A stretch of DNA of 64,000 bases from a virus: IMG/VR virus record IMGVR_UViG_3300046507_000506, positions 29,642 through 93,641 of that record. The stretch is one strand, 5' to 3'. The position numbers were made by a program, and so were the translations under genes. Numbering within the stretch: position 1 is the first letter of the stretch; the number at the start of each line of letters is the position of its first letter. Below are positions 16,837 through 27,470 of the stretch, piece by piece. A model generated the notes under the pieces. The model was given only the letters and a program-made list of their open reading frames with translations. It did no database searches and was not told where the DNA came from.

Positions 16837-17282
16837 TGCTCTACCCCGCTACGTCTTGTCACTGTCACTTCAATTTGCGCACGCATGTCATAGCTCGCGA
16901 TCTGCGCGCCGCGCATGCAATGCTCCTCCCACGCCGCCAGGTCGGCCGCACTCATCGCGCTCGTTCGGATGCGCTGCGATTCGGGCACGAATCCTCGCCG
17001 GGCTGACTGGTCAATGTTGAGGATCGGCTGTAGATCGGCAATCGCGTCCGCCTCTGCTTTCAGCGCTTCGCGCTTGCTTTTGAACGTGACGAACGTATAG
17101 CCCTCATAGTCCGCCCACGCGGCACGCGCGTGCTTCGCGATGCGCTGAGGCAAGTCCTTTGTGTATCCGACGTAGACGACTTTGCCAGCCGTCCACAAGG
17201 CATAAACGCAATATGTATCGCGATGCAGCGGGATGAGCGACGCATCGTTGAGCAGGCGATCCCGAAAATCCTCACCTTTCAT
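16833..17282 (-). CDS. GIY-YIG nuclease-domain protein
   Basis: CVYAL....VVYVGYT..L..RI..H...EA..I....P.LN. Confidence 0.75.
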   Translation of the reverse strand: MKGEDFRDRLLNDASLIPLHRDTYCVYALWTAGKVVYVGYTKDLPQRIAKHARAAWADYEGYTFVTFKSKREALKAEADAIADLQPILNIDQSARRGFVPESQRIRTSAMSAADLAAWEEHCMRGAQIASYDMRAQIEVTVTRRSGVEQ

Positions 17283-17876
17283 TTAGCGGCTCCCGAATGG
17301 GCGGGATTGCAGGCGGTTCGCGGACATGAGCTTGCGTTTGGGCCAGCGGTTCGCACTCTTGATGGTCGGCTTTTCCTTAGTCGGGTTTGCCGATATAATT
17401 GCGGTTCTCACTGCATTTCCTTTCGAAAAGCCGCGACCTGCTCCAACAGGTTCGCGGCTTCGTCGTTCTACGGGCGTCACTTTCTTTTCGATGGTCCGCG
17501 CCGCCAGCGGCGTGACCTTCTTCGTGATCGGCTTGTGAGCCGTAACGGGTTTCGACGCCAGAAACTCGTCAGTCGGCCAGAGCCCCTTACGCTTTAACTT
17601 CTCCTCGCTCTCGCGCATCGCGGCGGCAAACCGCGTGAGCACGAATTCGCGCGTCATGCCGTCCGGGCGCTTTGCCTGCCCATCGAGCACCATGTGGCAC
17701 GCGTAGCAGGCGTATGCGCCGATGTGATCGACGCGCGCGAGCTTCTTGCCTTTCGCCTTGCCGCCCTCGTGCGAGTTCGAGTGCGCCCAAACCGTTGTTT
17801 CCCAGTTCCCATTGCACACGCCGGGCAAACGCAAGGCGCACGTTTCCCCGCGTGCCGATTCAGTGATTCGGCTCAC
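17283..17876 (-). CDS. DUF1364/YbcO-like nuclease-fold protein with basic tail
   Basis: SARGETC.LRLPGVC.GN.ETTVWAH...G...K...D..GAYAC.ACH..LDG. Confidence 0.85.
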   Translation of the reverse strand: MSRITESARGETCALRLPGVCNGNWETTVWAHSNSHEGGKAKGKKLARVDHIGAYACYACHMVLDGQAKRPDGMTREFVLTRFAAAMRESEEKLKRKGLWPTDEFLASKPVTAHKPITKKVTPLAARTIEKKVTPVERRSREPVGAGRGFSKGNAVRTAIISANPTKEKPTIKSANRWPKRKLMSANRLQSRPFGSR

Positions 17877-18005
17877 GTCGTATTCTCAGAAAATGGGGGT
17901 GTTACTGACTGGCGCGCTTCGCCTTGTAGCAGGTGGCGCACATACCGTAACGCTCAAGCTGGATCGAGGTGACTACCTTGTTACAGGCGCACCTCTTGCG
18001 AACAT

Positions 18006-18036
18006 GCGACAACGGCAAAGCGCTTGCCGTTGTCGC
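18006..18036. other. 13-bp stem hairpin in an early-operon intergenic region
   Basis: GCGACAACGGCAA / TTGCCGTTGTCGC. Confidence 0.5.
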
Positions 18037-18084
18037 GCGGAATTTCGCAATCGCATTAGGATCGGCGCGATGCATCTTGACGTC

Positions 18085-18480
18085 TTACTGGATTGCCTTG
18101 GCTGCCTGATGGGTGACACGCGCGGCGTCCGTCATGCCATAGCGGTTCAGCAGCCACGACATACCCCACGGCGTGACCAGCACGTCCGGGCGGTTCGCAT
18201 CGTCGCTCTCGACGGCGGCGAAATAGCCGGTATCGAGATAGTGCTGATACGGCAGTCCGTCCGCCTGGAGCAGGCCATCCGACACCATGCGCTCATGCAG
18301 GTCGGCATGGCCGAGGAATTGGGCGATGTAATCGATGGTGCAGCAGTTATCGACATTCGTGACGCGCTCGCGCACGGCCACGGCGCGAGTGCGCGGAATG
18401 CGCTGATACGAGCGCAGCGCAACCGCTGCGGTAATGGTGTTGTTACAGGAAACGGCTGAGTTTTTTATGTGTTCGTTCAC
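18085..18480 (-). CDS. Antirepressor KilAC-domain protein
   Basis: LPYQHYLDTGYF...VLVTPWGMSWL. Confidence 0.75.
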   Translation of the reverse strand: MNEHIKNSAVSCNNTITAAVALRSYQRIPRTRAVAVRERVTNVDNCCTIDYIAQFLGHADLHERMVSDGLLQADGLPYQHYLDTGYFAAVESDDANRPDVLVTPWGMSWLLNRYGMTDAARVTHQAAKAIQ

Positions 18481-18547
18481 GCGAAATCCCGGTCCAATGT
18501 TGCGGCCTTTCGGCCTGTCTTTTTGTGCTGCAACTATGCGAGTCGGC

Positions 18548-19054
18548 CTATGCCGCCTCGCGATAAAGATTCCCTTCCTTGACGCGTCGGCCTACCTCGA
18601 CGCCAGCAGCAATCAATTCGCCCTGCCCGGCGACTTCGGCCTGCGCACAAACTACGTCGAATGCGCGTTGCAAGGCCGCTCGCCCTACTTCGTCAAATTG
18701 CCAGGTGCCTCGACGCTTGAAGCAGATGTTTGCGCGGAATACGGCATCGAGTGCGGCGACAACGTCTTTCTCGTATTGCGGGCCGTGGCCCCGCGTGCAG
18801 AGCACCAATGCCAGATTGCACATTTCCGCCAAGATCCTGATGTGCTCGACGGTTCCCTTCCCGTTCACAATTGCATCGAGACTCGCGCCGAAGGCAATCG
18901 CCACGTCGCGCTGATCGTCTGCATTGAGCGGCTGATAGAACTCCGCATTCACTTCCCGCATGACGTGCGAGTTGTTGAGCACACGCGCAAACGAGCCAAT
19001 GCCGTCCAGACCTTTCGGCCGATACTTGCGGCGGGGTTTCTTCGTGCCAGCCAT
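18548..19054 (-). CDS. Hypothetical phage protein
   Basis: Likely start MAGTKKPRRKYRPK at 19054. Confidence 0.7.
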   Translation of the reverse strand: MAGTKKPRRKYRPKGLDGIGSFARVLNNSHVMREVNAEFYQPLNADDQRDVAIAFGASLDAIVNGKGTVEHIRILAEMCNLALVLCTRGHGPQYEKDVVAALDAVFRANICFKRRGTWQFDEVGRAALQRAFDVVCAQAEVAGQGELIAAGVEVGRRVKEGNLYREAA

Positions 19055-19058
19055 CGCT

Positions 19059-19277
19059 TTAAGAATCCATCCGCGTCGGGGCGGCCAGCCTGCGCGCGTA
19101 ACGGCGCTTGAGCTTGGTGATGCCAGCAACAATGTCCGCGCTCGGACGCGGGTTGTTCGCCGGGTGATTCTCCAGGTGCGAGACATGCGCCTGCGACCGG
19201 TTGATTGCCGCCGCGATTTCCTTCTGAGTCAGGCCCGCTTTCTGGCGCAGGGCGCGGATTTCTTCAGCTATCTGCAT
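19059..19277 (-). CDS. Cro-like HTH protein
   Basis: LRQKAGLTQKEIAAAINRSQAHVSHLE; divergent from repressor. Confidence 0.85.
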   Translation of the reverse strand: MQIAEEIRALRQKAGLTQKEIAAAINRSQAHVSHLENHPANNPRPSADIVAGITKLKRRYARRLAAPTRMDS

Positions 19278-19327
19278 TTTTTACCTGTCAGTTACGTTTT
19301 GTGACCATCCTTACAGCGAGGCAAAGT

Positions 19328-19436
19328 ATAAGCATGTCTATGGTTTGTGGCAAGGCGCACATAGATGCGTTTGTTTTCGGCAAGATAGATAAATAGATAC
19401 CCTGATCGACGCGCAAAACTTCCATAGACACGCTAT
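19328..19436. promoter_or_regulatory. cI/cro intergenic operators
   Basis: ATAAGCATGTCTAT 19328-19341, ATAGATGCGTTTGT 19361-19374, ATAGACACGCTAT 19424-19436. Confidence 0.65.
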
Positions 19437-19508
19437 TCCGTGCTATAAGCTCGACAGGCAGAACATAAGTATTCTTATAAAAAGAAACGATTGGGAATCG
19501 CAAAATCA

Positions 19509-20234
19509 ATGACGGACAAACTGAACATGACAGCCGAGCCGCCCGAAACACTGGGGGACCGCATTCGTGCGCGTCGAACTGAGTTAGGCATGTCTCAGGG
19601 GGCACTAGCCAGGCAGGTTGGACTGACTCAGCCAACGATCTCTAGCCTGGAAAGAAACGAGTCAATGCAGACAAGCAGTATTGGCTCAATTGCTCATGCC
19701 CTTCATGTCTCAGCGCTATGGCTAGAAACGGGACTGGGAGATAAGAAACTAACAAACCAGCCCAAGGGTTTCCGCCGCACATACAAGGGCGGCTCAGACA
19801 TGGAGTTTGAGATTCAGTTGTTGCCGTCCAAGGGAAGCTGCGGGGGTAACACAGCAGGCAAGCCGGACGTCTCCGACATCCAGGCGGCCCTGCTCCCAAT
19901 AATCAAAGATCAGGCTTTCTTTGACCGTTTTGAGGTCGAACCAGCGGACGTGATCGCTCTCATTGCTGACGGCGATAGTGGGGCAAATTTCATCGTGCAT
20001 GGCGATACCGTTCTCTTTCGCACCTCTCAATGCGAACGCCTTGAAAGCGGACTGATTTATGCCCTCGATACGCCGGATGGTCCGCGCATCAAAAGGGTTC
20101 ATCGCCGCAGTGATGGTCACGTCATCCTGTCTTGCGACAATCCCGACAAAGTCCGCTACCCCGACGAGGACTACACCGCCGAAGCTGCGGAAAATCTCAG
20201 ACCTCTGGGACGCTATCTCTATCGGCAGGGGTGA
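19509..20234 (+). CDS. CI-like repressor (HTH plus S24 peptidase)
   Basis: LGDRIRARR..LGMSQ..LA..VG..Q.TIS.LE; SCG cleavage-like site; GDS...I..GD Ser and IKR Lys dyad; start uncertain (19509 or 19527). Confidence 0.88.
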   Translation: MTDKLNMTAEPPETLGDRIRARRTELGMSQGALARQVGLTQPTISSLERNESMQTSSIGSIAHALHVSALWLETGLGDKKLTNQPKGFRRTYKGGSDMEFEIQLLPSKGSCGGNTAGKPDVSDIQAALLPIIKDQAFFDRFEVEPADVIALIADGDSGANFIVHGDTVLFRTSQCERLESGLIYALDTPDGPRIKRVHRRSDGHVILSCDNPDKVRYPDEDYTAEAAENLRPLGRYLYRQG

Positions 20235-20290
20235 CATTTCAAATGTAACGTGACCTGTGTCAATTTGTTACGAACGTAAGTAAACCATAC

Positions 20291-20319
20291 AAAAGGCCCA
20301 CGATTGTGGGCCTTTTTTT
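20291..20319 (+). terminator. Rho-independent terminator
   Basis: AAAAGGCCCAC-GATT-GTGGGCCTTTTTTT. Confidence 0.85.
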
Positions 20320-20589
20320 ATCTTAAGTTTGCGTGCGCTGCAACATAATCGGCACAACTTACCGAATCTCACACGCGCTCGATCAATGGCAAACGCTTGC
20401 GCGCACCAATTATGCGCACCACATGCGTGTTTAACCGGCTATTAGGCTAGTTGCCGTTTCACTTTCATCACCGCTGCAATGATCTGTCGTCGGCTTGCAA
20501 CACCGTAAATATTGTAACGGCGCAGGCATTGTCACTTCTATACAACACATAGACGCCGCTGCCGAAATACCCGGTTTTTCGTCAAAAAA

Positions 20590-20654
20590 ACAGGCGCATC
20601 TATTGACGTCTATATTTACGTACCTATAATCACGGACATAGACATGTCTATGTC
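20590..20654 (+). promoter_or_regulatory. Sigma70 promoter TTGACG-N16-TATAAT with flanking operators
   Basis: -35 at 20603-20608, -10 at 20625-20630; perfect 20-bp palindrome GACATAGACATGTCTATGTC 20635-20654; ACAGGCGCATCTAT 20590-20603. Confidence 0.85.
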
Positions 20655-20690
20655 TATCAACCGGCAGCACTTACCGATTAGGGGACGCAG

Positions 20691-20831
20691 ATGAAGACGT
20701 TCGCAGTGACGATAACGACGCAGGAAGGTGCGAAGCACCAGTACACCGCTATCAGTTCGCACAGTTTCGATGTGTGGGATGCAGCCATCACCACGTTTGG
20801 CCTGTGCAAGGTCAAGGTCACCCTTCAGTAA
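20691..20831 (+). CDS. Small early protein (46 aa, MKTFAVTITTQEG...)
   Basis: AGGGGA RBS, first ORF after the promoter; below the ORF-track cutoff. Confidence 0.65.
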   Translation: MKTFAVTITTQEGAKHQYTAISSHSFDVWDAAITTFGLCKVKVTLQ

Positions 20832-20874
20832 GTACGCCTAACCCCTTCCACGCAACCACCACGCGAGACACCAA

Positions 20875-22221
20875 ATGACGAACATGAGCGACGTTTCCGA
20901 AGTCATCGATACCGTTGAATCAGCGGAGGGTGCAAAAGACCTCGTATCGCGCACGCTGGCTCTTGTTGAGGCACCGGAACCCCTCAAAATCAAGCCGTTT
21001 CTCGACAAGCCGACGGTCACGAGTGATGGCGAAATCATCGCCAATATCAAGCCGATCCAGTACCCGGTGCGCGATCTGCACATTGCAGCGCTGCACCACT
21101 ACCTCGACGGTGCACAGTTCGCCGTGACGACGGCCGAGGGCATGAGCGAGGCCAAGCAGGTTGCCGCGCGCCTTTCCAAGCTGAAAACAGCGATGAAGGA
21201 TGCCTACACCACATGGAACGGCCCGATTCTCGAAATGACGGCGGACGCGCGCAGCAAGCGCGATCACATCATTGCCGAGGTCGATCTGATCCTCGCGCCG
21301 ATCAAGGAACAGATCGACACGCAGGCGGCGATTGAGGCTGAAGTGCGTACCCGCAAGGCGCGTGAAGAAAGCGAGCGCGTAGCAGCGCACACGGCCGCCC
21401 TCAAGGTGCTTGAGGACATGCCGGGCAAGTATCTGTCGGAGCCGTCGGAAACCATTGCGAAAGTCGTCACGGAGATTTCCTCGTTTGACTACCTCTCGCG
21501 CCGTGACTGGCAGGAATACCTGCCCGCTGCAACGGACGCGATCCGCGCCGCTATCGCCACGCTCGAACAGCACCTGACCAACGCCATGGCGCGCGAAGAA
21601 CTGGCGCGCATTCAGGCCACGCAGGCCGCCGCCGATCAGGAGCGCCTTGAGCGCGAGCAGGCAGCAGAGCGCGAGCGTGAACGCATCGCCGGTCTGCGCG
21701 AGCGCATCCATAACATCGAGCTTGCGCCCACGACGGTTGTCGGTGCAACGAGCGAGGCCATTCAGAAGAAGCTGGCGCGCCTCGAACAAACCGAGCCGTC
21801 CTCGTTTGAGGAAATGGCATCCGAAGCGACCGCCGCCATCGAGAACGTGCGCAACGTGCTGCAAACGATGCTCGACGGCGCGCTGAAGGCAGAGGCCGCA
21901 CAACGGCAGGCCGACACTGATGCGGCCGAACTCGCGGCGTTCCGCGCCGCTGCCGCACGTCAGCAGCAGGAGCAGCAGGAAGCGGCCGACCGCGCCGCGA
22001 ACGAGGCCCGGCAGGCGGCAGAAGCCGAGCAGCGCGAAAAGCAGGAACAGGCTGAGCGCGAGCAGCGTGAGAGAGACGAAGTCGCGCGCATCGCACGCGA
22101 ACGCGCCCAAGCCGTTGCAGAAATCCTGCGCGACCTGCTCGTTGAAGCGCGCCCGCACGTTCCGGCCGGTGACCTCGCCGAGCGCATCGACGTCGCAATT
22201 GCAGCCGCCCAAGGGGAGTAA
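20875..22221 (+). CDS. Long coiled-coil protein of the recombination operon
   Basis: 448 aa, helical and A/E/R-rich; precedes ERF. Confidence 0.75.
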   Translation: MTNMSDVSEVIDTVESAEGAKDLVSRTLALVEAPEPLKIKPFLDKPTVTSDGEIIANIKPIQYPVRDLHIAALHHYLDGAQFAVTTAEGMSEAKQVAARLSKLKTAMKDAYTTWNGPILEMTADARSKRDHIIAEVDLILAPIKEQIDTQAAIEAEVRTRKAREESERVAAHTAALKVLEDMPGKYLSEPSETIAKVVTEISSFDYLSRRDWQEYLPAATDAIRAAIATLEQHLTNAMAREELARIQATQAAADQERLEREQAAERERERIAGLRERIHNIELAPTTVVGATSEAIQKKLARLEQTEPSSFEEMASEATAAIENVRNVLQTMLDGALKAEAAQRQADTDAAELAAFRAAAARQQQEQQEAADRAANEARQAAEAEQREKQEQAEREQRERDEVARIARERAQAVAEILRDLLVEARPHVPAGDLAERIDVAIAAAQGE

Positions 22222-22227
22222 GACGCC

Positions 22228-22989
22228 ATGAACGCACCACTTCAATTAACGCCTGAACAAGCTTTCCCGTCGCTCGAAGTGAACCTGATCCCGCTGCCGG
22301 ACGGTCACATGGGCGAGTTCTTTGGTGCGCTCGCTGCCGCTCAGGGCGCATTCGATCATATCGAGAAAAGCAAGCATGTGATGATCCGCCCGCGTGACGC
22401 AAGCAAGGCCGCCTACTCATTCAAGTATGCGGACCTCGCTGAAATCCGCAGCAAGACTACGCCCGCGCTGGCCGCCAATAAACTCGCGCTCACGCAACTC
22501 GTGACGAACAAGCCGCGCGAGGTCGGCGGCATCATGATCCGCACGATTCTCGGTCACGCAAGCGGCGCGCGCATGGAGGCCGTGCTTGACCTCCCCAAGA
22601 CAAATGGCGACGTCAAGGATTTGGGCGCGTATATCACCTATCTGCGCCGTTATGTCGTTGGGCCGATGCTTGGCATCGCGGCCGATGATGACCTTGATGA
22701 GGATGGCGAGCCGCCTGCCGGTTCGTCACCAATGGGCTACTCGGCGGAACCGTCCACGCTGCGCAATCCGGCACCGTCGAACCCGGCTGAAACGCCCCTG
22801 CTGCGCGACGCGAAAAGCATCAAGGAACTGACGACGGCGTTCAACAAGTTTTCGCCGGAAAACAAAGACCGTTTCCGCGCGCAGTATGAACGCCTGCTCG
22901 AAGCGCTTGACGTCCCGCCCCCTACCGCTGCTGCCGCCAAGGGTGCGACACCGGCCGCCGCCGCTGCAAAGCCCAAGGATGACCTGTGA
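22228..22989 (+). CDS. erf: ERF-family single-strand annealing protein
   Basis: ALAAAQ.AF..I.K...YADL...T.LGHASG...LGAYITYLRRY....MLGIAADDDLD. Confidence 0.88.
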   Translation: MNAPLQLTPEQAFPSLEVNLIPLPDGHMGEFFGALAAAQGAFDHIEKSKHVMIRPRDASKAAYSFKYADLAEIRSKTTPALAANKLALTQLVTNKPREVGGIMIRTILGHASGARMEAVLDLPKTNGDVKDLGAYITYLRRYVVGPMLGIAADDDLDEDGEPPAGSSPMGYSAEPSTLRNPAPSNPAETPLLRDAKSIKELTTAFNKFSPENKDRFRAQYERLLEALDVPPPTAAAAKGATPAAAAAKPKDDL

Positions 22990-23711
22990 TCGTCGTTGAC
23001 TGCGATCAGGGCACGCCCGAATGGCACGCTGCGCGTGCTGGCGTCATCACCGCCAGCATGTTCAGCACCGCCCGCAAGTACAAGGCGGGCGGCGAAATGT
23101 CGGAAACCGCCAAAAACTACGCGTTCAAGCTTGCCATCGAGCGGATCAGCGGCGTGCCGCTCGATGAGTGCCATCAAACGTGGCAGATGACGCGTGGCCA
23201 ACGGCTCGAACCTGAAGCCCGCGATCACCACATGGCTGATATTGGCCGCCGCGTCAAACAGGTCGGGCTCGTGCTCAGTGATGACCGGAAGTTCGGCGCG
23301 AGCGCGGACGGCGCGATTGACGGTGACCCGCAAGGGCCGGGCGGTGCCGAATACAAGTGTCTCGTGAGCCCGCTCGAACTGCGCAAGGTCTACACCGAGA
23401 ACGACTACATGAAGTTCTACGATCAGGTGATGGGCGGCCTGTGGCTCACCGGCAAAAACTGGTGGGACTTTTGTGTGTACTGCCCCGCCATGCGCAACGT
23501 GAACAAGCATTTCAGGCGCTGGCGCATCCGGCGCGATGACGACTATATCGACGCCATGTCGCTCGACCTCGTTGCATTCGACAACCTGGTCGAGAGCTAC
23601 CGCGCCACGCTGATGATCGAAGCCGATCCGGCAGTAATGGAGGCCGCTGCTGCAACGCTCGACCCGCTTTCGCGCGCCCTTCTGATACCACCTGGTATCA
23701 GTGTTATGTGA
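22986..23711 (+). CDS. YqaJ/lambda-type exonuclease
   Basis: [17 protein letters not shown]...RG..LEPEAR...GASADG...EYKC...Q...LW.TG..WWDF. Confidence 0.9.
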   Translation: MIVVDCDQGTPEWHAARAGVITASMFSTARKYKAGGEMSETAKNYAFKLAIERISGVPLDECHQTWQMTRGQRLEPEARDHHMADIGRRVKQVGLVLSDDRKFGASADGAIDGDPQGPGGAEYKCLVSPLELRKVYTENDYMKFYDQVMGGLWLTGKNWWDFCVYCPAMRNVNKHFRRWRIRRDDDYIDAMSLDLVAFDNLVESYRATLMIEADPAVMEAAAATLDPLSRALLIPPGISVM

Positions 23712-23745
23712 CCTTGTAACACAACATAAAAACAGGATATTTCAC

Positions 23746-24867
23746 ATGTGGTTTCGTAATCTCACCCTCTACTCGTTTGACAGCATCCCGACGCTGGAAA
23801 GCCTGAATGCCGCGCTCATGACGCGCCGCTATACGCCGTGCACGGACATAGAGCAGTCCTCAGCCGGGTTCGTGCCGCCGCGCGGCGACGATGCCCTGCT
23901 CGTGCTGCCGGTCGATACCCAGTGGCAGATTGCGCTGTGCATCGAGCAGAAGGTGCTGCCCGGCTCTGTCGTGCGCGACGAAACCGAACGGCGCGCGGCC
24001 GAAGTCGAGCGCTTGCAGGGTTTCAAGCCCGGCCGCAAGCAGCGCCGCGAAATCAAGGATGAGGCAACCGACATGCTGCTCGCGCAGGCATTCAGCAGGC
24101 GCAAGACGGTGCGCGGCTGGATCGACACGCGCCGCGCGATTCTCGCCATCGATACCGCCTCGACCACGACCGCCGATCTGTTCGTGGCGAACCTGCTGCG
24201 CGCCATCGAGGCCAATATCGGCCTGCGCCCGCTCAAAACCGTGCTGAGTCCGGTTGACGTAATGACGGCATGGGTTGGCGAGAGCGACGCGCCTGACGGC
24301 TTCACGATTGACAGCGACGCGACGTTCTCAGGCTCCAATCGCGGCGTCGTGAAGTACTCGAACACCGCCCTTGAGGGTGCGGACGTGGCAAGCCAGATTG
24401 AAGCCGGAAAGCGCGTGACGCGCCTCGCAATGACTTGGGGTGACAAAGTCTCGTTCGTGTTTTCGTCTGACCTCGTGATCCGCCGCGTGAACCCGCTCGA
24501 CGTGCTCAAGGAAAAGCCGGAAGACGGCAAGCTGTCGGCCGCTGCCGATTTCCTGCTGATGGCCGAATGCCTCGCCGCGCTCGTGCAGGCGCTCGTTGCC
24601 TCGCTTGATGGCATCGCGCCGGTGTCCGACCTCGCCGACGAGGAGCCTGCCGCCCCTACCCTGCCCGCCGACGGCGACGACCTGCTGCCGCAGGCCCGCG
24701 ATATCGTCATCAAGAATGAGCGCGCGTCTATCTCGCTCGTGCAGCGGCACCTGCGCATTGGCTACAACCGCGCTGCCGCCCTGCTCGAAGCCCTGGAGGC
24801 CGCTGGCGTGGTAAGCGAAATGAAATCCAATGGCTCGCGTGACGTTCTCGCAGGAGCGCAAGCATGA
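23746..24867 (+). CDS. rdgC: RdgC fused to a C-terminal FtsK-gamma domain
   Basis: MWFRNLTLY...GFVPP...EQKVLP...; C-terminal [27 protein letters not shown]. Confidence 0.9.
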   Translation: MWFRNLTLYSFDSIPTLESLNAALMTRRYTPCTDIEQSSAGFVPPRGDDALLVLPVDTQWQIALCIEQKVLPGSVVRDETERRAAEVERLQGFKPGRKQRREIKDEATDMLLAQAFSRRKTVRGWIDTRRAILAIDTASTTTADLFVANLLRAIEANIGLRPLKTVLSPVDVMTAWVGESDAPDGFTIDSDATFSGSNRGVVKYSNTALEGADVASQIEAGKRVTRLAMTWGDKVSFVFSSDLVIRRVNPLDVLKEKPEDGKLSAAADFLLMAECLAALVQALVASLDGIAPVSDLADEEPAAPTLPADGDDLLPQARDIVIKNERASISLVQRHLRIGYNRAAALLEALEAAGVVSEMKSNGSRDVLAGAQA

Positions 24868-25763
24868 CGAACCTCGTGAGCCTGAAGAAGATCGCCGAGG
24901 ACAAGACGCAGACGGCCATCGGCATCAAGAAAATGACCGATTACATGCTCGACCCCCGCGCGATCAGCATCAAGCCGAATTTCAACGCGCGCGACATGGT
25001 CAACATGAGCCGTCGCACGCGGGAGCACGTCGATAGCATCAAGGCGGCCGTTCGCGCCGGTGAGACAATGCCGCCGCTCGACGTGCGCATCGAGGGCGAC
25101 AAGATCTACGTGGTGGAGGGTCACTGCCGCCTCGTCGCCTACCTCGAACTGATCGCCGAGGGCGTGGAAATCATGCTCGTGGCGGTGCGCCAGTTCAACG
25201 GCAACGATGAGGACGCGGATTTTCACGTGCTCAACAGCGCGAGCCAGTTGCACCTGACCCGGCTCGAACAGGGCCGCAAGTACAAGGGCCGCGTCAGCCT
25301 GGGATGGACGGTCGCACAGATTGCCGAGCGCGCGCGCAAGTCGCCGAGCTACGTCGAGCAAAACCTGATGCTAGCGAACGCGGATTCGGACGTTCAGCGC
25401 CTGCTCGAAGACGAGACGGTATCGGCGAAAGTCGCGCTTACCGCAATTCGCAAGCACGGCGCGAAGGCCGGTGCCTACCTGCAAAGCATTGTGGATGGCA
25501 CTGACGGCAAGGTCACGCCGAGCAAGATCGGCCCTACCCTCTCGCCGAAACTCGCCGCGCGCGCGGCCGATTCGATGGCCGGTTTGTTCGGCAATTTTCA
25601 GCCTTCCCGCCTGGAGGCGATTCGCGTCGCGGAGCCGGACGAGGTCATTTCCCTGCGCGCCGCCGACCTGCAAGCGCTGCTCGCGGTGTACGACGCACAC
25701 CTCGCGAAAGCCGCCCGCAAGGCCGGAAACAACGCCGTCGGGGCCGCCGCCGATGCCTCGTAA
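24864..25763 (+). CDS. ParB/Srx-like domain protein with HTH
   Basis: FNAR...MPPLDVR...VVEGHCR...[17 protein letters not shown]. Confidence 0.75.
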   Translation: MTNLVSLKKIAEDKTQTAIGIKKMTDYMLDPRAISIKPNFNARDMVNMSRRTREHVDSIKAAVRAGETMPPLDVRIEGDKIYVVEGHCRLVAYLELIAEGVEIMLVAVRQFNGNDEDADFHVLNSASQLHLTRLEQGRKYKGRVSLGWTVAQIAERARKSPSYVEQNLMLANADSDVQRLLEDETVSAKVALTAIRKHGAKAGAYLQSIVDGTDGKVTPSKIGPTLSPKLAARAADSMAGLFGNFQPSRLEAIRVAEPDEVISLRAADLQALLAVYDAHLAKAARKAGNNAVGAAADAS

Positions 25764-25992
25764 CGGATGCTTTGACCGCCCGCAAGGGCGGCCATCCTAC
25801 TTCGCACAGGATGGCTATATCGAAGTTTCGCAGCCATTCGGACACGTCATCCGAACGCCGAAATGGGTTGTCGTGGAGGACACCGTCATGTCAAAAGACT
25901 GCCGCCACAGTGCCCTGAAAGTCGATCCGGCCTGCGAAGGCTGCAAGCACAATCAACGCGGCATGGCCGCTCCGACCGAGGAGACGCAATGA
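25753..25992 (+). CDS. Small Cys-containing hypothetical protein
   Basis: [10 protein letters not shown]...MSKDCRH...DPACEGCKH. Confidence 0.65.
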   Translation: MPRNGCFDRPQGRPSYFAQDGYIEVSQPFGHVIRTPKWVVVEDTVMSKDCRHSALKVDPACEGCKHNQRGMAAPTEETQ

Positions 25993-26207
25993 AAAATCTG
26001 ATTCGAGAGCTTCCCGTCACGATGCTCGCGTGCGCCGGTGCACTCGCCCTGCTTATGCTTCAGGCTACGCTCGACGCGCCGCGCAGCGCGCCGGAATGCC
26101 GCGCCAGCGGACCCGCCGACCCCGCCCGGACGGCCCTTTACAAGGCGTCGCACCGCCCTGAGTGTGACAGCGCCCGACCCCGCCTAACCGCGCAGCATCC
26201 CGTATAA
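25989..26207 (+). CDS. Small membrane-anchored hypothetical protein
   Basis: GAGGAG RBS, ATGA overlap. Confidence 0.55.
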   Translation: MKNLIRELPVTMLACAGALALLMLQATLDAPRSAPECRASGPADPARTALYKASHRPECDSARPRLTAQHPV

Positions 26208-26231
26208 GCTCACCCTGATTGACTTGGTTGC

Positions 26232-26684
26232 GTGTGACTGATACCAGTTGGTATCAGTCACACCGCACAAAACCATTCCCCATCCTATCGCCCCACACTT
26301 CCCCGCGCACCGCGCGGCTAATACCAGTTGGTATTAGTCCCATAACGTATTTTCTGTTCTGTTTTTGTCTTTTCTGACTTGGCCTTGCCTGTTTTGGCCT
26401 GATCTTCCCACCTCAAGTCATGCAATTTCAAGTTTGAACACACAAAATAACGTATTTCCGCTTCACACCGTGTCTTTTCTAGTAAAACCGGTTCAAACAT
26501 GGCATGTACACGTTAGCCAACACCCAAAATGAACGGAAAACAGTAAATCTGTTGCTTTTCGACTCAGTTTTATGGATTTACGTTTGGCTTCGTTGGCCCT
26601 AGACAGAGTTTTGAACGGAAAAGAACAGAGAACGTCCGAGAACCCTTGCGCGGCGGGACTGGTATCAGTTGGTATCAATCACAC
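26232..26684. repeat. Composite repeat region upstream of parA; putative centromere/par operator
   Basis: Three ATACCAGTTGGTAT-type dyads (26232-26263, 26318-26337, 26657-26684); ATAACGTATT-N14-TGTCTTTTCT twice (26342, 26447); TGAACGGAAAA twice. Confidence 0.6.
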
Positions 26685-26810
26685 TAGGCCCAGTCTTACA
26701 TGAGGTGTCCCGGTATGGCTCTGTGCCTTGTGGCCTGAGGTGTTCCGGCTTGTCCGAATATAAGGAAGTAAATACACTGCGCGACATACCAAACCAACAG
26801 AGGTCGCGTC

Positions 26811-27470
26811 ATGTCTATTACTGTCGTAGCTCACACGAAGGGAGGCGTGAGCAAAACAACGACCGCCGTCAACCTCGCCGTCATGCTCATGTCGGCCGGG
26901 CGCGACGTTCTCCTCGTGGACAGCGACACCGGGCAATCAGCCCGACGCTTCGCCAGCAAGCGCGCGAAAGCGCCCGGCCTGCCGTTTGTCGAGTGCGTTG
27001 CGCTGTTCGATAACGAGGGTGACTATCACCGCCAACTCGCCGCGCTCGCCGCTCGCCATGATGAGGTCATTGTGGACGTTGGCGGGGAAGGGCAGGGCGC
27101 GCGTGAAATCCGCCTTGCCCTCACCGTCGCCAATCGCGTCCTGACGCCGTGTCGCCCGTCGCCCGCTGACATTCAGCGACTGGACATGATGCACGGCATG
27201 ATCGAACTGGCACGCGACCTGAATCCGGGCCTCGACGCAATGCTTTTCCCGGTTCAGGCGTCAACGAACGCCAAAGCCACGGACGTAGACGTTTTCTATG
27301 AGAAAGCCGTCGAATTTCCACAGTTTCGCCTGCTCGATGCCGTCGTGTGCATGCGCGATGCCTACAAGCCGTGGGCTGACACCGGCGAGGCGGTTTTCGA
27401 GCAGGTCAAGCTGGATAAAAAGGCGATGGCCGAAATGACCAAACTCTACAAAGAGGTATTCAATGGCTGA
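26811..27470 (+). CDS. parA: ParA-family partition ATPase (short type)
   Basis: KGGVSKTTTAVNLA, LLVDSD, VIVDVGG. Confidence 0.9.
   Translation: MSITVVAHTKGGVSKTTTAVNLAVMLMSAGRDVLLVDSDTGQSARRFASKRAKAPGLPFVECVALFDNEGDYHRQLAALAARHDEVIVDVGGEGQGAREIRLALTVANRVLTPCRPSPADIQRLDMMHGMIELARDLNPGLDAMLFPVQASTNAKATDVDVFYEKAVEFPQFRLLDAVVCMRDAYKPWADTGEAVFEQVKLDKKAMAEMTKLYKEVFNG

Noticed and set aside
26232-26263. N15-type telomere resolution site (linear phage-plasmid)
   Set aside because: The dyad has an unpaired GT centre, occurs in three variants, and no protelomerase is in the window
26335-26362. dif/Xer-like site (TAGTCCCATAA-CGTATT-TTCTGTTCTGT)
   Set aside because: XerD arm matches only about 7/11 and the XerC arm is weak; better explained as part of the local direct repeat, though not excluded
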